Virus record (IMG/VR): IMGVR_UViG_3300042561_000440
Span: 363-64,362 of that record
Source of the DNA: a virus
Taxonomy: Duplodnaviria > Caudoviricetes
DNA length: 64,000 nt
Strand: one strand, 5' to 3'
Under the pieces are notes generated by a model. It did no database searches, was not told the DNA's origin, and saw only the letters and a program-made list of their open reading frames with translations. Shown here piece after piece: positions 39,788 through 49,331 of this stretch. The position numbers and the translations under genes are program-made. Positions within the stretch are counted from its first letter, which is position 1; each line of letters opens with the position of its first letter.

Positions 39788-40159
39788 ATGAAGGTTACCC
39801 ACAAGAGTGCTGATGGCCGGTTGTCGATTGAGGTGGACGGCAATGACACCAAGGCCATCTTTGACGAGTTGGCTGGTGCCCAAGAAATCTTTGGCGTGTC
39901 TACCTGCGGTGCCTGTGATTCCAAGAACGTCCACTTCCAAGTGCGACAGGTACAGGGCAACACCTATAGGGCGGTTCGGTGTGCAGATTGCGGATGCGAA
40001 CTGAACTTCGGAACCCGCAAGGCTGATGGCCAAATCTACCCCCGTCGCAAGGACCCCAAGACTCAGGACTGGCTGCCCAACAACGGCTGGACCAAGTGGA
40101 CTGGTGCCCCGCAGCACGACGATCAAGACGATCCTTTCTCCAAGCCTGCCCGCCGGTAG
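39788..40159 (+). CDS. Zn-ribbon protein with SSB-like acidic tail
   Basis: CGAC, CADC; C-terminal DDQDDPF; AAGGAG RBS. Confidence 0.65.
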   Translation: MKVTHKSADGRLSIEVDGNDTKAIFDELAGAQEIFGVSTCGACDSKNVHFQVRQVQGNTYRAVRCADCGCELNFGTRKADGQIYPRRKDPKTQDWLPNNGWTKWTGAPQHDDQDDPFSKPARR

Positions 40160-40188
40160 TCACCACCACCACCTGAAGGAGCAGGCTG

Positions 40189-40566
40189 ATGAGCAAACAG
40201 AAGGAGCGTTCGATGCGGATGCTGGAGGCCTATGCCATCCAATGCACCCGCTGTGCAGTGTGCTGGTGGCGGAAGTACAGGCCGGGGAGAAGGTGCGAAC
40301 TGCACCATATCGTAGGCCGTCGAGGCAAAGACCCACATCACCATAGGAACATCATCATGGTGTGTGACCAATGCCATTACGGCTATCACTCCGGTGGGCA
40401 GAAGGCCCTGACGCTTGGCCAAATTCTCAAGGCCAAGGAGGAAGAGGACGGGGAGGTTGACATCCCATTCCTTGCCGGTCTGTGCGGCAAGGTGGGGCTG
40501 CGGGAAGACCCTTCACCGCTGCCGGAATGGGCCATTCAAGAAAGGGAAATCAATGCCAATAAATAG
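40189..40566 (+). CDS. HNH-fold nuclease
   Basis: CAVC, ELHHIVGR, NIIMVCDQCH. Confidence 0.75.
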   Translation: MSKQKERSMRMLEAYAIQCTRCAVCWWRKYRPGRRCELHHIVGRRGKDPHHHRNIIMVCDQCHYGYHSGGQKALTLGQILKAKEEEDGEVDIPFLAGLCGKVGLREDPSPLPEWAIQEREINANK

Positions 40567-40963
40567 CAGACAAAAAGGAAAGAGAGGAGAGCTAGACCTA
40601 TGCCATTCGCTGATCTCTGTGTTGGGTTGGTCGGGAACCAGACGGGCGCAGCAATTCAATGGAAGTGCAGGCCACGCGGATGTGGTGATTCCCCAGCTAC
40701 CGAGAGTGTTTCCCGAGTGCAAGCTGGTCAACAGGCTGAACCTGAGCGAGGCGATGAAGGTAGCCGTAGCCCAATGCCATGGACTTATCCCTGTAGTATT
40801 CCACCGGAGGGACAGGGAGGAGTGGATGGTAACGGTGAGGCTGTCGGACTGGAGGGAACTGTCGATGATGGTCGCCGCCGCTACCCCTCAGGAGCAGTCC
40901 GATCCCACCTGCCAGAGCGATACGACCTTGTGCCCACCATCGGGCTCCAGCGAGTCGCCATGA
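40553..40963 (+). CDS. Holliday junction resolvase-like PD-(D/E)XK nuclease
   Basis: NSRQKGKRGE, ADVV, ECK, PVVFHRR..EEWMVT. Confidence 0.8.
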   Translation: MPINSRQKGKRGELDLCHSLISVLGWSGTRRAQQFNGSAGHADVVIPQLPRVFPECKLVNRLNLSEAMKVAVAQCHGLIPVVFHRRDREEWMVTVRLSDWRELSMMVAAATPQEQSDPTCQSDTTLCPPSGSSESP

Positions 40964-41163
40964 CCATGGCAGAGGGTGCCGCCAAGTATGGGGAACACAA
41001 CTGGCAGAAGGGATTCCCCGTGCCGGACATCCTGAACCACGCCTTGGCTCATGTCTTCAAGTATCTGTCCGGGGACCGGGCAGAAGATCACCTTGGCCAT
41101 GCCGCAGCCAATCTGCTTATGGCTATTCACACGGAGGAGAGCAATGGAAAAGATCGAGGATGA
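40822..41163 (+). CDS. dATP/dGTP diphosphohydrolase (DUF5664-like)
   Basis: SGAVRS..RYDLVP, GAAKYGEHNW.KG, EDHLGHAAANL; start uncertain (GTG 40822). Confidence 0.8.
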   Translation: MDGNGEAVGLEGTVDDGRRRYPSGAVRSHLPERYDLVPTIGLQRVAMTMAEGAAKYGEHNWQKGFPVPDILNHALAHVFKYLSGDRAEDHLGHAAANLLMAIHTEESNGKDRG

Positions 41164-41476
41164 AATCCTGATGGGTGGATGGAGATGCCTTTGTATAGGG
41201 TTGCTTATACAGGCGGTCCAGAATGCCGAGAAAGACGGCAAGCTCATGAGGTTCAAGGGCACCCGTAGCCTGACGGGAAGCGGCCTCGACAAAGAGCTTC
41301 TCAACCAGCGGCTTCAGTCAAGAGACTGGCTGGCTGGCGGGGTCGGGCTCATCACCTTTGAGGATTGCTGCGAGGCGATGGGGGTGCATCCAGATAGGGC
41401 AAGAGAGCAAATCTTGGAGCGTTCCCGCATGAGGAAGAGGGTCCCCGAGATCACTGAAATCAAGGGGGAGTGGTAA
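41144..41476 (+). CDS. Hypothetical protein
   Basis: GGAGGAG RBS before ATG 41144. Confidence 0.65.
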   Translation: MEKIEDEILMGGWRCLCIGLLIQAVQNAEKDGKLMRFKGTRSLTGSGLDKELLNQRLQSRDWLAGGVGLITFEDCCEAMGVHPDRAREQILERSRMRKRVPEITEIKGEW

Positions 41477-41685
41477 TGGCAAAGCCCAATCCAGACAAGA
41501 AGGTGAAGAAAGAAAAAAGCCCCCAGCCCTGCGACGAGTGCGGGGCTAGGGGCGAGTATTGCGTTGACTCTTTTGGGATACCCACGGACACTTGGAGGTG
41601 CGCTCAGTGTCATGAACAGGCCTGCCGACGCAAGATCAGGCATGACATGTGGCATAGGTATGGCTATCGATTCTCAGAAAAATGA
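41476..41685 (+). CDS. Small Zn-finger protein
   Basis: CDEC...CAQC; coupled on both sides. Confidence 0.6.
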   Translation: MAKPNPDKKVKKEKSPQPCDECGARGEYCVDSFGIPTDTWRCAQCHEQACRRKIRHDMWHRYGYRFSEK

Positions 41686-42236
41686 AACGCACCTACACCG
41701 ACAACTCGCTGACCCCCGAGCAGCAGGCGGTTGTCGAGGAAGCAGTGCTGTTAGTCCCGGCCTGCATCAAAAGCTTCCTGAACTCAATGCCATGCCTGAG
41801 GGAAGTCGCAAGAGAGTGCGACCTAAAGAGTGCCGCCTACATGGCCTGCTGCCGGGCAGCTAGGACATACGAGAGGGGCAAGGGTATAAGCGTATCCGCT
41901 TACTTCTCCATCGCCATAAAGAATGGGATGCTAAGGGAGGTTCAGAAGGAGCTTAAGTCAAACGCTTACTCCATAATGCGGATACCATTGGAGCAGGTCT
42001 ATGACCGGGAGCCTCCCAAGAGAGAGGCAAACCCAACGGCCATGCCCTCCATGCTCACGCTGACTGAGACTGAGAGGGATTGGGTGGAGCGGTTTGTGTT
42101 TGATGGTCAGAACAAGGGGGGGAGCTTTCGGGCGTTTGGCAGGGAGTCGGGGCGTGATTGTCGGACTGCGAAGAAGATGCTTCGCTCGATTCTGGACAAG
42201 CTTCGGTCTGCGATTGAGGATCACCCTGACGCCTAG
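41682..42236 (+). CDS. Phage sigma70-family factor
   Basis: Region-2-like DLKSAAYMACCRAARTYERGKGISVSAYFSIAIKNGMLRE; degenerate region 4 LTETERDWV...LDKLR. Confidence 0.72.
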   Translation: MKRTYTDNSLTPEQQAVVEEAVLLVPACIKSFLNSMPCLREVARECDLKSAAYMACCRAARTYERGKGISVSAYFSIAIKNGMLREVQKELKSNAYSIMRIPLEQVYDREPPKREANPTAMPSMLTLTETERDWVERFVFDGQNKGGSFRAFGRESGRDCRTAKKMLRSILDKLRSAIEDHPDA

Positions 42237-43008
42237 TGTATTTCCTTGGGGTCTTGGTGGCCTTGCCCATCTTGATTGACCCACCCCGGGCGGTGAGTTC
42301 CCTGAACCCGTCCCGCCCGGGGTAGCCAGCAGCCCTAGCCTTGAGGGCATAGTGGAACCAGCACTGCCAATACTGGTCGCCATTGGCCCGCCTTATCCCC
42401 TTCTTCCTAAGGTATTCTGCGATCCCCTTCCAAGTCTTGCCGTGCTGGTCATGCTGCACGATGGCCCACTCAATGATCTTGCGTTCGGTGTGGTCCCAGT
42501 CCCACTGACCGGCACTGTTCTTCTTCCAGCCTACGGGCGGCCTATTCCCAGCAGGCAGGCCCTTCTCTGCCCGGATGGCCATGGCTTCTTTGGTTCGCTG
42601 GCTAATCCAGTGTCGCTCCAGTTCCGCCACTGACCCAAGCAAGTGCATGACGAACTTGCCCAGCGGGGTGGCTGTATCCAAGGCAACGTCCAGAGACAGG
42701 AAGCCAATGCCCTTGGCGTCGAACATCTGGATCAAGTGGGTCATGTCGAACAGGTTACGGAAGGCCCGGTCCATCTTGGACCAGCACACAACGTCACCCT
42801 TCTGGGCCAGCACCCACAGCTTCAGCCCCTCAGGCCGCTCGGTAAAAGGCTTGCCGCCCGAGGTAGCCTTGTCCTCAAAGAACCCGCCCCACTCATGGGT
42901 CTCACTAAACCGTGCATCATAGGTGGCACGGATAACCTTTTGCTGTGCCTCAAAGGTATAGGCCTGACCAGATGTCGAAGCCCGGCAGTATCCGTAGAAG
43001 GTTGGCAT
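42055..43008 (-). CDS. Serine recombinase (resolvase catalytic domain plus recombinase DNA-binding domain)
   Basis: YGYCRAST, EDKATSG, RPEG, MDRAFRN, AELER..ISQRTK, PPVGW, IAEYLRKKG. Confidence 0.9.
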   Translation of the reverse strand: MPTFYGYCRASTSGQAYTFEAQQKVIRATYDARFSETHEWGGFFEDKATSGGKPFTERPEGLKLWVLAQKGDVVCWSKMDRAFRNLFDMTHLIQMFDAKGIGFLSLDVALDTATPLGKFVMHLLGSVAELERHWISQRTKEAMAIRAEKGLPAGNRPPVGWKKNSAGQWDWDHTERKIIEWAIVQHDQHGKTWKGIAEYLRKKGIRRANGDQYWQCWFHYALKARAAGYPGRDGFRELTARGGSIKMGKATKTPRKYTRRQGDPQSQTEACPESSEASSSQSDNHAPTPCQTPESSPPCSDHQTQTAPPNPSQSQSA

Positions 43009-43016
43009 GGTTTCCC

Positions 43017-43322
43017 CTAAGTACAATACCTCATGACATTAACGAACCCGTCGAATCCCTTTTCGCCAGCTTCCGGCAGCCGTGCAAACACCTTTGCGTT
43101 GTGCTTCCTGACCTCTGTTAAATACCTTTTCTTGTAGGTGCGGTTAGGAAACGTCTCGTACAAAACGTGGTTAATGACACGCCCATCTCTTGCAGTTTCT
43201 GACAAGCATGTGGCGTTCACAACCATCGAGGTGCAGAAGGGGAAGCCAGCGTACTGGCATTGCTGCCACCGAACAGACCACCCCAAGGCAGTGGCACACT
43301 CAATGAATTCATTCACTGTCAT
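43017..43322 (-). CDS. Hypothetical protein
   Basis: AGGAGG RBS before ATG 43322. Confidence 0.55.
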   Translation of the reverse strand: MTVNEFIECATALGWSVRWQQCQYAGFPFCTSMVVNATCLSETARDGRVINHVLYETFPNRTYKKRYLTEVRKHNAKVFARLPEAGEKGFDGFVNVMRYCT

Positions 43323-43527
43323 CGCCGCCCTCCTGACTGATGTGCTTGTCTTTCCACCCCGCTGGTGACCAGTGGTGTTCAGCGTACCGGACGGCAGCCA
43401 GAACCTTTTGCTTAGTCTCATCGTCCAAGAAATTGGTTGGCCCCTCTGCCGCCATGACTGTCGCACTTCGGGAAACGATTGTCCACATTCCGTCCTGAAC
43501 TGTCTTAGTCCACGCTGGCTTACTCAT
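43309..43527 (-). CDS. Hypothetical protein
   Basis: ATGA coupling with upstream LexA-like gene. Confidence 0.55.
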   Translation of the reverse strand: MSKPAWTKTVQDGMWTIVSRSATVMAAEGPTNFLDDETKQKVLAAVRYAEHHWSPAGWKDKHISQEGGDDSE

Positions 43528-43748
43528 TTGAGGTAGTCTCTCCAGTTGAATTGAATTGCTCGGCACCCGCTCCGTTTGCAGGCACCCTTCTTCTCGCAGG
43601 CTTTCAAGTGGCCTAGCACCGCGCCCGGTGACTTGAATCCAAAGTGCCGCATGATCTCTCGGTACGATGGCTGGATTCCTTTCTTGTCGATTGACTTGGC
43701 GATATACCCAAGGACTTTCTGCTGTTGCTTGGTAAGTGCTTTATGCAC
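43524..43748 (-). CDS. LexA-type DNA-binding domain only
   Basis: LTKQQQKVLGYI...G..PSYREIMRHFGFKSPGAV..HLKA.EKKG; AGGAG RBS before GTG; no S24 peptidase domain. Confidence 0.82.
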   Translation of the reverse strand: MHKALTKQQQKVLGYIAKSIDKKGIQPSYREIMRHFGFKSPGAVLGHLKACEKKGACKRSGCRAIQFNWRDYLK

Positions 43749-43758
43749 AGGTGAACTC

Positions 43759-44085
43759 CTAGTTTGACGCTGCCTCTGCCGAAGCCGCCGCACACTCTGG
43801 ACACCGATCCAGAAACCCCTTGTGCAGGAGGTCGGCCCGGACGCAAGCCTTGGTTCCGCAGGTACACTGAACGTGGACCAGTTCGATACGCTCCTCATCA
43901 ACGAGTGTGACCTCCCCGTCAGACAGAACCTTCAGCCCGGTAGCAATCATGAGTTCGCCGTTGGCCGGGTCCACCCAGTAGTTGGCGATCCTTGGGTGGA
44001 AGGCGGGCTCGATGCTGGGCCAAAATTTATGGAACAAACAGTTGGGTGTGACACACTTTGGCTTCCGTTTCTTTTTCTTAGCCAT
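43759..44085 (-). CDS. Zn-finger hypothetical protein
   Basis: CTCG...CPEC. Confidence 0.6.
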   Translation of the reverse strand: MAKKKKRKPKCVTPNCLFHKFWPSIEPAFHPRIANYWVDPANGELMIATGLKVLSDGEVTLVDEERIELVHVQCTCGTKACVRADLLHKGFLDRCPECAAASAEAASN

Positions 44086-44097
44086 CCCGTGGCCCCT

Positions 44098-44148
44098 AAA
44101 TAAAAAGACCGGGGGGCATGGGAGATACGCTTCCCTGCCCCCCGGTCC
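44098..44148 (-). terminator. Intrinsic terminator
   Basis: Long GC stem followed by TTTTTATTT on the minus strand. Confidence 0.75.
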
Positions 44149-44170
44149 TGCCTAGTTGTGGTGCTGACGA

Positions 44171-44536
44171 TCAGCCAAAGATGTTGGCAAGCTCGTCCTC
44201 TTCGGTCCCATCCTCCTTCTCCAGCACCGGCTCGTCAGCCGCCGCCTCCACCTTGGCAGGCTTGGCCTTGGGCTTCTCAGCCTTTGCCACCTTGCCGCCG
44301 CCCAGCCGAGCCTTGAGAATCTCACGGGCCCGCTCAATCTTCGGCACCCGCCCCTCAGTCCTGAGGAGAGGGATGTCATCAGCCAGACCGGCACGGCGAA
44401 GCTCATAGACACGCTGGTAAACGGTCTCGGGCTTCACTCCGATCTTGGTGGCGAACTCCTCCTTGGTCATGCCGCTCTCAGCGGCAGCCATGTAGAGGGG
44501 CAGAAACTTTTCAATCGGCATACGGTCCTTAGCCAT
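44171..44536 (-). CDS. HTH DNA-binding protein
   Basis: MTKEEFATKIGVKPETVYQR; acidic tail; AAGGAG RBS. Confidence 0.7.
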   Translation of the reverse strand: MAKDRMPIEKFLPLYMAAAESGMTKEEFATKIGVKPETVYQRVYELRRAGLADDIPLLRTEGRVPKIERAREILKARLGGGKVAKAEKPKAKPAKVEAAADEPVLEKEDGTEEDELANIFG

Positions 44537-44795
44537 CGATCTTGCTCCTTTCAAACTCTTCCACTGTGTCAGTCGGCTGGACAAGCAGGGCACACACCCT
44601 GCATTCAATGCCCTTGGACTTCAGAAATTCCGCACGGTCAAAAGCCTGTGGTGCAAACGGGAAGTGGGCTGGAAGGTTGGAATACTCATCGTCTTGGTCG
44701 GCCCGCCAGTCCCCGTCCTTCTTGTAAACTACTAACCATCCGTACACCTGTATGTCTGTAGGTTTTACATCTCGTTTGCCCTCTTCGTCAAGCAT
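44529..44795 (-). CDS. Hypothetical protein
   Basis: 88 aa, overlap-coupled. Confidence 0.6.
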   Translation of the reverse strand: MLDEEGKRDVKPTDIQVYGWLVVYKKDGDWRADQDDEYSNLPAHFPFAPQAFDRAEFLKSKGIECRVCALLVQPTDTVEEFERSKIDG

Positions 44796-45057
44796 CTTTT
44801 CTCCTAAATATCATGGTGGGATTAAACACATTGGCCACAACGGATATGTAATGGCACAGGCACAAGGTCTGGCACAGCCAGTCCATGATAGTGCCGTATG
44901 CCCTCTGGTCTCCGAACATAAACACAGAGTAAGACACTGCCATGACTGTCCTCATGCCATACCAAAAGGGGTCTCTTGCCCCATGCTCGTATGTTCCCAG
45001 CATGAACAGTCCGTAACTAAACTGCATAGCAACCATCGTTTCCCAAGAGATTTCCAT
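44788..45057 (-). CDS. Small hydrophobic hypothetical protein
   Basis: 89 aa, fills the gap in the operon. Confidence 0.45.
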   Translation of the reverse strand: MEISWETMVAMQFSYGLFMLGTYEHGARDPFWYGMRTVMAVSYSVFMFGDQRAYGTIMDWLCQTLCLCHYISVVANVFNPTMIFRRKDA

Positions 45058-45066
45058 TGCAGCCCC

Positions 45067-46422
45067 CTAGCAGAGAGGCATGGAATCAATAAGCTCACGC
45101 TCAATGATCCCAGCAAAGGCTTCCTCTGGCACACACTCAGTAGCCTGAACGACAAGGCCATACCCCATCATTTCATCGGGGCTCAGGTCACTACAGATAA
45201 CCTTGTCGTGATTGTCCGGCCAATACACCAGCTTGTCTCTGGCCTTGAGGTCGTTCAGCATCACGGCCCGGTTGGCATCGAAGGCAGTCACTCCCTTCTT
45301 GAGGACCCGGAGGGTGTGGTAGCAACGCTCCAGTGGGGTGCCCCGCTTGAGGCTTCTTTGCGCACTGTCCCCACCCCATCGGTAGGTGCTTCTGAACGGG
45401 CTGTCATCCGCACTGCCAGCCTTCAGCATGTAATTGCCATGGGGTGGAATGATTACTTGAACGCAGCGAATCTGCTCACCGTAAGAATCCATATACCCAG
45501 CCTTGGCCGCACTGACAGTCCAGTACATGACCAACTGGGGGAGATAATAGAACACACCATCCAAGTGGCGATCCCTAGCCAAGCAGTGTGAACCAATGGG
45601 CGAGAACCGTCGGTCAACAAACCGTGAGGTCAGCCGCACCCCGGCAAGGTCATCTTGCTGCTTGAGCATGGGGTACAGTGCAATCTTCAGGTGCTTGTGT
45701 CGCTCCTGAATCTTCAGTGCCTCTCGATGGACACGGGCAGCGGCCATCCTCACCATTGCCGAGTCCCACAACTTCTCACCGTCTGGCCCAAGAGGAGAAA
45801 GCATGGATTCATACCAAGCTTCCTTGCCAACAGAGCCGGGAAGAAAGCCAAGCTGAATATCCAGCGGGGACCGGAAGTAATTGAGCAGGCCTCTCTGGAT
45901 TTCGCCCTCCTCACGGTGGGAGAAGTCAAGCATCTTCCCGTCTTTGTCACGGAGGAATACGCTAGTCGTGTTGGTTGTGCAGACAACACCGCAGCTTCCC
46001 CTGCTGTTGACCTTGAATCCGCCGGCAGTCTTCCACATTTCACTGCCATCGGCATTGTAAAAGGTTGCCGGAACCCACCGCTTGAACGCCACCCCAGCAG
46101 GAAGCGAGATAGGCAGCCACCTCATGACAGTCTTTCTGTAGTCGCTGATCCTGATCTCAAGCTGATACCTTGTGTAGCACTTGCCGTCCTTCTTGCTGCC
46201 TGAGATTTCAGCAATCCGAGTGCCTTTGACGTAATAGTTAAAGCTGTAGATGCTGCCATTGCCCGTGCCGTGCGGGGTGGCACCAACTTTCAGGCCCGGA
46301 ATGAGCTTCTCGCTGCCCCCGTCAAACAGCTTGGCATACTCAACAGGGTCAGACTTGTAGAGCTTCGCCGCCCGGAGCAGCAAGCTGGTGAACGTGTAGA
46401 TTTCCTTGGCTGGTTTAGCCAT
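45067..46422 (-). CDS. Hypothetical protein (451 aa)
   Basis: AAGGAGGAG RBS before ATG 46422. Confidence 0.7.
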   Translation of the reverse strand: MAKPAKEIYTFTSLLLRAAKLYKSDPVEYAKLFDGGSEKLIPGLKVGATPHGTGNGSIYSFNYYVKGTRIAEISGSKKDGKCYTRYQLEIRISDYRKTVMRWLPISLPAGVAFKRWVPATFYNADGSEMWKTAGGFKVNSRGSCGVVCTTNTTSVFLRDKDGKMLDFSHREEGEIQRGLLNYFRSPLDIQLGFLPGSVGKEAWYESMLSPLGPDGEKLWDSAMVRMAAARVHREALKIQERHKHLKIALYPMLKQQDDLAGVRLTSRFVDRRFSPIGSHCLARDRHLDGVFYYLPQLVMYWTVSAAKAGYMDSYGEQIRCVQVIIPPHGNYMLKAGSADDSPFRSTYRWGGDSAQRSLKRGTPLERCYHTLRVLKKGVTAFDANRAVMLNDLKARDKLVYWPDNHDKVICSDLSPDEMMGYGLVVQATECVPEEAFAGIIERELIDSMPLC

Positions 46423-47881
46423 CAAGCTCCTCCTTGTGTGGTGAATCGGGGATACGAACCTTGGTGGCCCACGGTGGAACAAACCCATCCTGAGTGGCAG
46501 CCACAATCAATTGACCCTTGAGCTTCTGGTCTGGCCAAGGGGTGCCGGTGTCCGTCACCAAGACGGTGACATCCGGCTCGTACTTATCCTCTGAGTAGGC
46601 AAGGGGGACTCTCATGTCTGTCCCGCCGCCGCCAACCAACTCAAACTTGTCGTGAACTGCGGACACCATTTTGTCTTGGTGAACCTGAGCATCGCAGGTA
46701 ATCACCGGGACGTTGCCAACGGCCTTGAGGCCCTGCTTGACCACGGTCAAGGCCTTGGCAAGACAGCCAGCGGTCATCGAACCAGAGGTGTCGATGATGA
46801 CCACTGCCTTGGGGTTGTACTTCTTCACCCCCTTGAGGCGAACCTCCACGCTATCCTGCCTACGGTTAGGCCGATGATAGGTGTAGTCCGGGGCACCACG
46901 GTGATTGGCAATAGCCTTGGCCACCGTAGCCCGGAGCTTGTCCCAAGGGTTGGGTTGGGGGTGGAGCTTGGACTTGATGACCCGCTTCAGCCCAGCCGGA
47001 ATAGTTCCCCGGCCATTAACCCAGTCCCGGTCAGCCTCAAGCTGCTCGATCTTGTTCTCCAGTGCCTCAAGCAGGTTGTCTTCCATGAAGGCATCCCACT
47101 TGGGGTCCGGCTCCTCCTCGTACTCACGGGGCAGACCGTCAGCGGCAGAGCCGTCACCAATCAGCTTGAAGTCACCGCCTTTTCCGTTGCCCTCATCTTC
47201 ACCACCAGATGGGCCATCGCCTTCCTGATCTCCCGGCTCTCCCTTGCCGCCATCCTCTTCGCCGCCTTCAGAATCTTGGGGTTCGCCGCGACCATCGCCA
47301 CCCTCCTCTTGCTCTTCGGATTCTTCGGTGCCATCGCCGCCATCCTCATCAGACTCTTCGCCCTCCTCCTCGTCCTCAGACTCACCACGGGGCGGCTCAG
47401 GAGGAATCGGCGGCTTGGGCTCAGGCTCACTGATGATCGCATACAACTGCTCGACCGTCATGTTCCTTTCGATCTTGGGCCACTGCTTCTTGGCATCGGG
47501 GAAGGTGACTCCATCCTTAGGGCAAAGGTGGGCAATGGCTTCCATCATCTCCCACACCACGATGTCCATGGCAATGTTCAGATTCCGCCGATCCTTGGGG
47601 GACGGGCGGTCACCGACAATCGACATAGACCGATGGCAGTGCCGAAGGATTAAGTGCCACGCCTCATGGCAAACAACGTAGCCGCCCTCCTCAAGCGTGA
47701 TGGTCTCGCAAAAGGCAGGGTCGTAATAGAGGCGACCATACTTGTCCACTGCCATGGTCCCGATGCCCGGTCGCTCAACAGGAGTCAAGCTATAGACATA
47801 CGGTGCAATGTAGGGGAAGTGGTCGTAGACTGTCATTCGATATTGGGTAATCAGATCGACAAGGTTTGCTGCTGTGGTCAC
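46415..47881 (-). CDS. DUF2201-type metallopeptidase-VWA protein
   Basis: TMAVD, HEAWH, acidic linker, MIDAS DTSGS, GGGTD, VLVTD. Confidence 0.88.
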   Translation of the reverse strand: MTTAANLVDLITQYRMTVYDHFPYIAPYVYSLTPVERPGIGTMAVDKYGRLYYDPAFCETITLEEGGYVVCHEAWHLILRHCHRSMSIVGDRPSPKDRRNLNIAMDIVVWEMMEAIAHLCPKDGVTFPDAKKQWPKIERNMTVEQLYAIISEPEPKPPIPPEPPRGESEDEEEGEESDEDGGDGTEESEEQEEGGDGRGEPQDSEGGEEDGGKGEPGDQEGDGPSGGEDEGNGKGGDFKLIGDGSAADGLPREYEEEPDPKWDAFMEDNLLEALENKIEQLEADRDWVNGRGTIPAGLKRVIKSKLHPQPNPWDKLRATVAKAIANHRGAPDYTYHRPNRRQDSVEVRLKGVKKYNPKAVVIIDTSGSMTAGCLAKALTVVKQGLKAVGNVPVITCDAQVHQDKMVSAVHDKFELVGGGGTDMRVPLAYSEDKYEPDVTVLVTDTGTPWPDQKLKGQLIVAATQDGFVPPWATKVRIPDSPHKEELDG

Positions 47882-48075
47882 TGCGAATTCTCCAAGTGTT
47901 TGATGGCCTGCTTGCCAGCCCTAAGCATCTGATCCTCGACGGCTTTCCGGTTAAGCGGATTGCCAACATCAACAGGAGTGAAGAGGGCCAAGGCAAATCC
48001 CTTTAGCCGCAGCTTCCGCAAGAACTCACTGTCTTCCGGGGTCATTCCGGCACGGTACTTGTGGCGGTAAAGCAT
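47878..48075 (-). CDS. Small hypothetical protein
   Basis: Between ATPase and VWA genes, GTGA coupling. Confidence 0.55.
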   Translation of the reverse strand: MLYRHKYRAGMTPEDSEFLRKLRLKGFALALFTPVDVGNPLNRKAVEDQMLRAGKQAIKHLENSQ

Positions 48076-48079
48076 TGGT

Positions 48080-49240
48080 TCACCCCGCCTTCTTCTGACG
48101 GAGGTGGGCCGGGATGCGGTCGCCAAACTCACTCAGTGCAGCCAATGACTTGGCACTCAGCTTGGTCTTCTCAGGCCGGGCCTTGACCAAGTGCTTGAGT
48201 TGGGTGAACACAAGGTCTGCCGTGTCCTTGCCCACGTTCTTGCAGAACAGGTCAATGGCAGCGTCCATCCGGCTCTCGGAATACTGGTTCTTGATGGCAG
48301 TCACCACCGAAACCAGCAAGGTCACGGTCAAGTCAGCCCGCTTCTTGTCGTGCTGAAAGGTCTTGCGCCCGGCCAGCACTTCCTCAACATCAACGAGGTC
48401 ACGCTGGTCAATGAACTGCATCAGGTTGCGGCCAGTGGTTGCACCAACCAGAGCCACGGCAATGTCCTTCTTGACAGTGGCCGGGGCATTGACTGACTCA
48501 GCAGCAGCCAGTGCATCTCGGCACCACCGCCAAGTACGGGGAGTGGCATAGGCCATGACATCATCCCCATTCGGCTTCACCAACCGCTCTGCTGAGTTCT
48601 TGTCGGTGTAGCTGGTGATGGCACTACCAAACAGGGCACGGTAACGCTTCCAGTCAGAGGGAACATCGGGGATAAAGGCAGTGCCCCACTCGTCATCTTC
48701 CGAGTTCATGCCCCGCTTCCAAGACTCGTAGTCAGGCTTCCACTCAAAGTGAGCGAAGCGATTGGCCAGAGACTTCTCAAGCGGGCTGGCATTGGGTGCC
48801 CACTCAGGAGGATTGCAGGCTGCCATGAAGATGGTGTCCGGGTGGATCACCAAGTCACCGATCAAAAGCTCGGTGTAAATCTGAAGCAGTGCAGCCCGAA
48901 CAGTTGGCGGGACGGTGGTCATCTCGTCGGTAAAGAGCAATGCCCCGGGCCGAGTCAATCGACCTGCCCACTTGGGCGGTGCCGCCACAAAGTAGGACTT
49001 GTCCTCAGACAGGAACGGGATGCCGCTGAAATCCTCAGGGGCATGGCAGGCACCGATGACATAGCTCAGGTCACGGCCCCAAGCCTTGGCCACCTGCTTG
49101 ATAACAGCAGACTTGCCAACGCCGGGAGGCCCGGAGAACAGGACCGGGGCACCAACCCTTGCGGTGATGAAGCCAGCAACATTGGGGTCAGCCTTCGCCC
49201 AATCCCGGCTGGTGTAGATAGGGTGAACAGTAGAAACCAT
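48080..49240 (-). CDS. MoxR-like AAA+ ATPase
   Basis: GPPGVGKS, EDFSGIP, LFTDE, AACNP, LANRF, TPRTW. Confidence 0.88.
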   Translation of the reverse strand: MVSTVHPIYTSRDWAKADPNVAGFITARVGAPVLFSGPPGVGKSAVIKQVAKAWGRDLSYVIGACHAPEDFSGIPFLSEDKSYFVAAPPKWAGRLTRPGALLFTDEMTTVPPTVRAALLQIYTELLIGDLVIHPDTIFMAACNPPEWAPNASPLEKSLANRFAHFEWKPDYESWKRGMNSEDDEWGTAFIPDVPSDWKRYRALFGSAITSYTDKNSAERLVKPNGDDVMAYATPRTWRWCRDALAAAESVNAPATVKKDIAVALVGATTGRNLMQFIDQRDLVDVEEVLAGRKTFQHDKKRADLTVTLLVSVVTAIKNQYSESRMDAAIDLFCKNVGKDTADLVFTQLKHLVKARPEKTKLSAKSLAALSEFGDRIPAHLRQKKAG

Positions 49241-49286
49241 TTGGATTTCTCCAGAGTGAGGGGGGGTGGTTGCCGGTGGCCTCCAG

Positions 49287-49318
49287 ACCACAGGTCCCGG
49301 CCCAGCTTCGCTGGGCTC
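49287..49318 (-). promoter_or_regulatory. Repeated structured leader element, copy 1
   Basis: Minus strand GAGCCCAGC-GAA-GCTGGGC-CGGGACCTGTGGT, 47 nt before the ATG. Confidence 0.7.
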
Positions 49319-49331
49319 ATGCGTCTAACGA

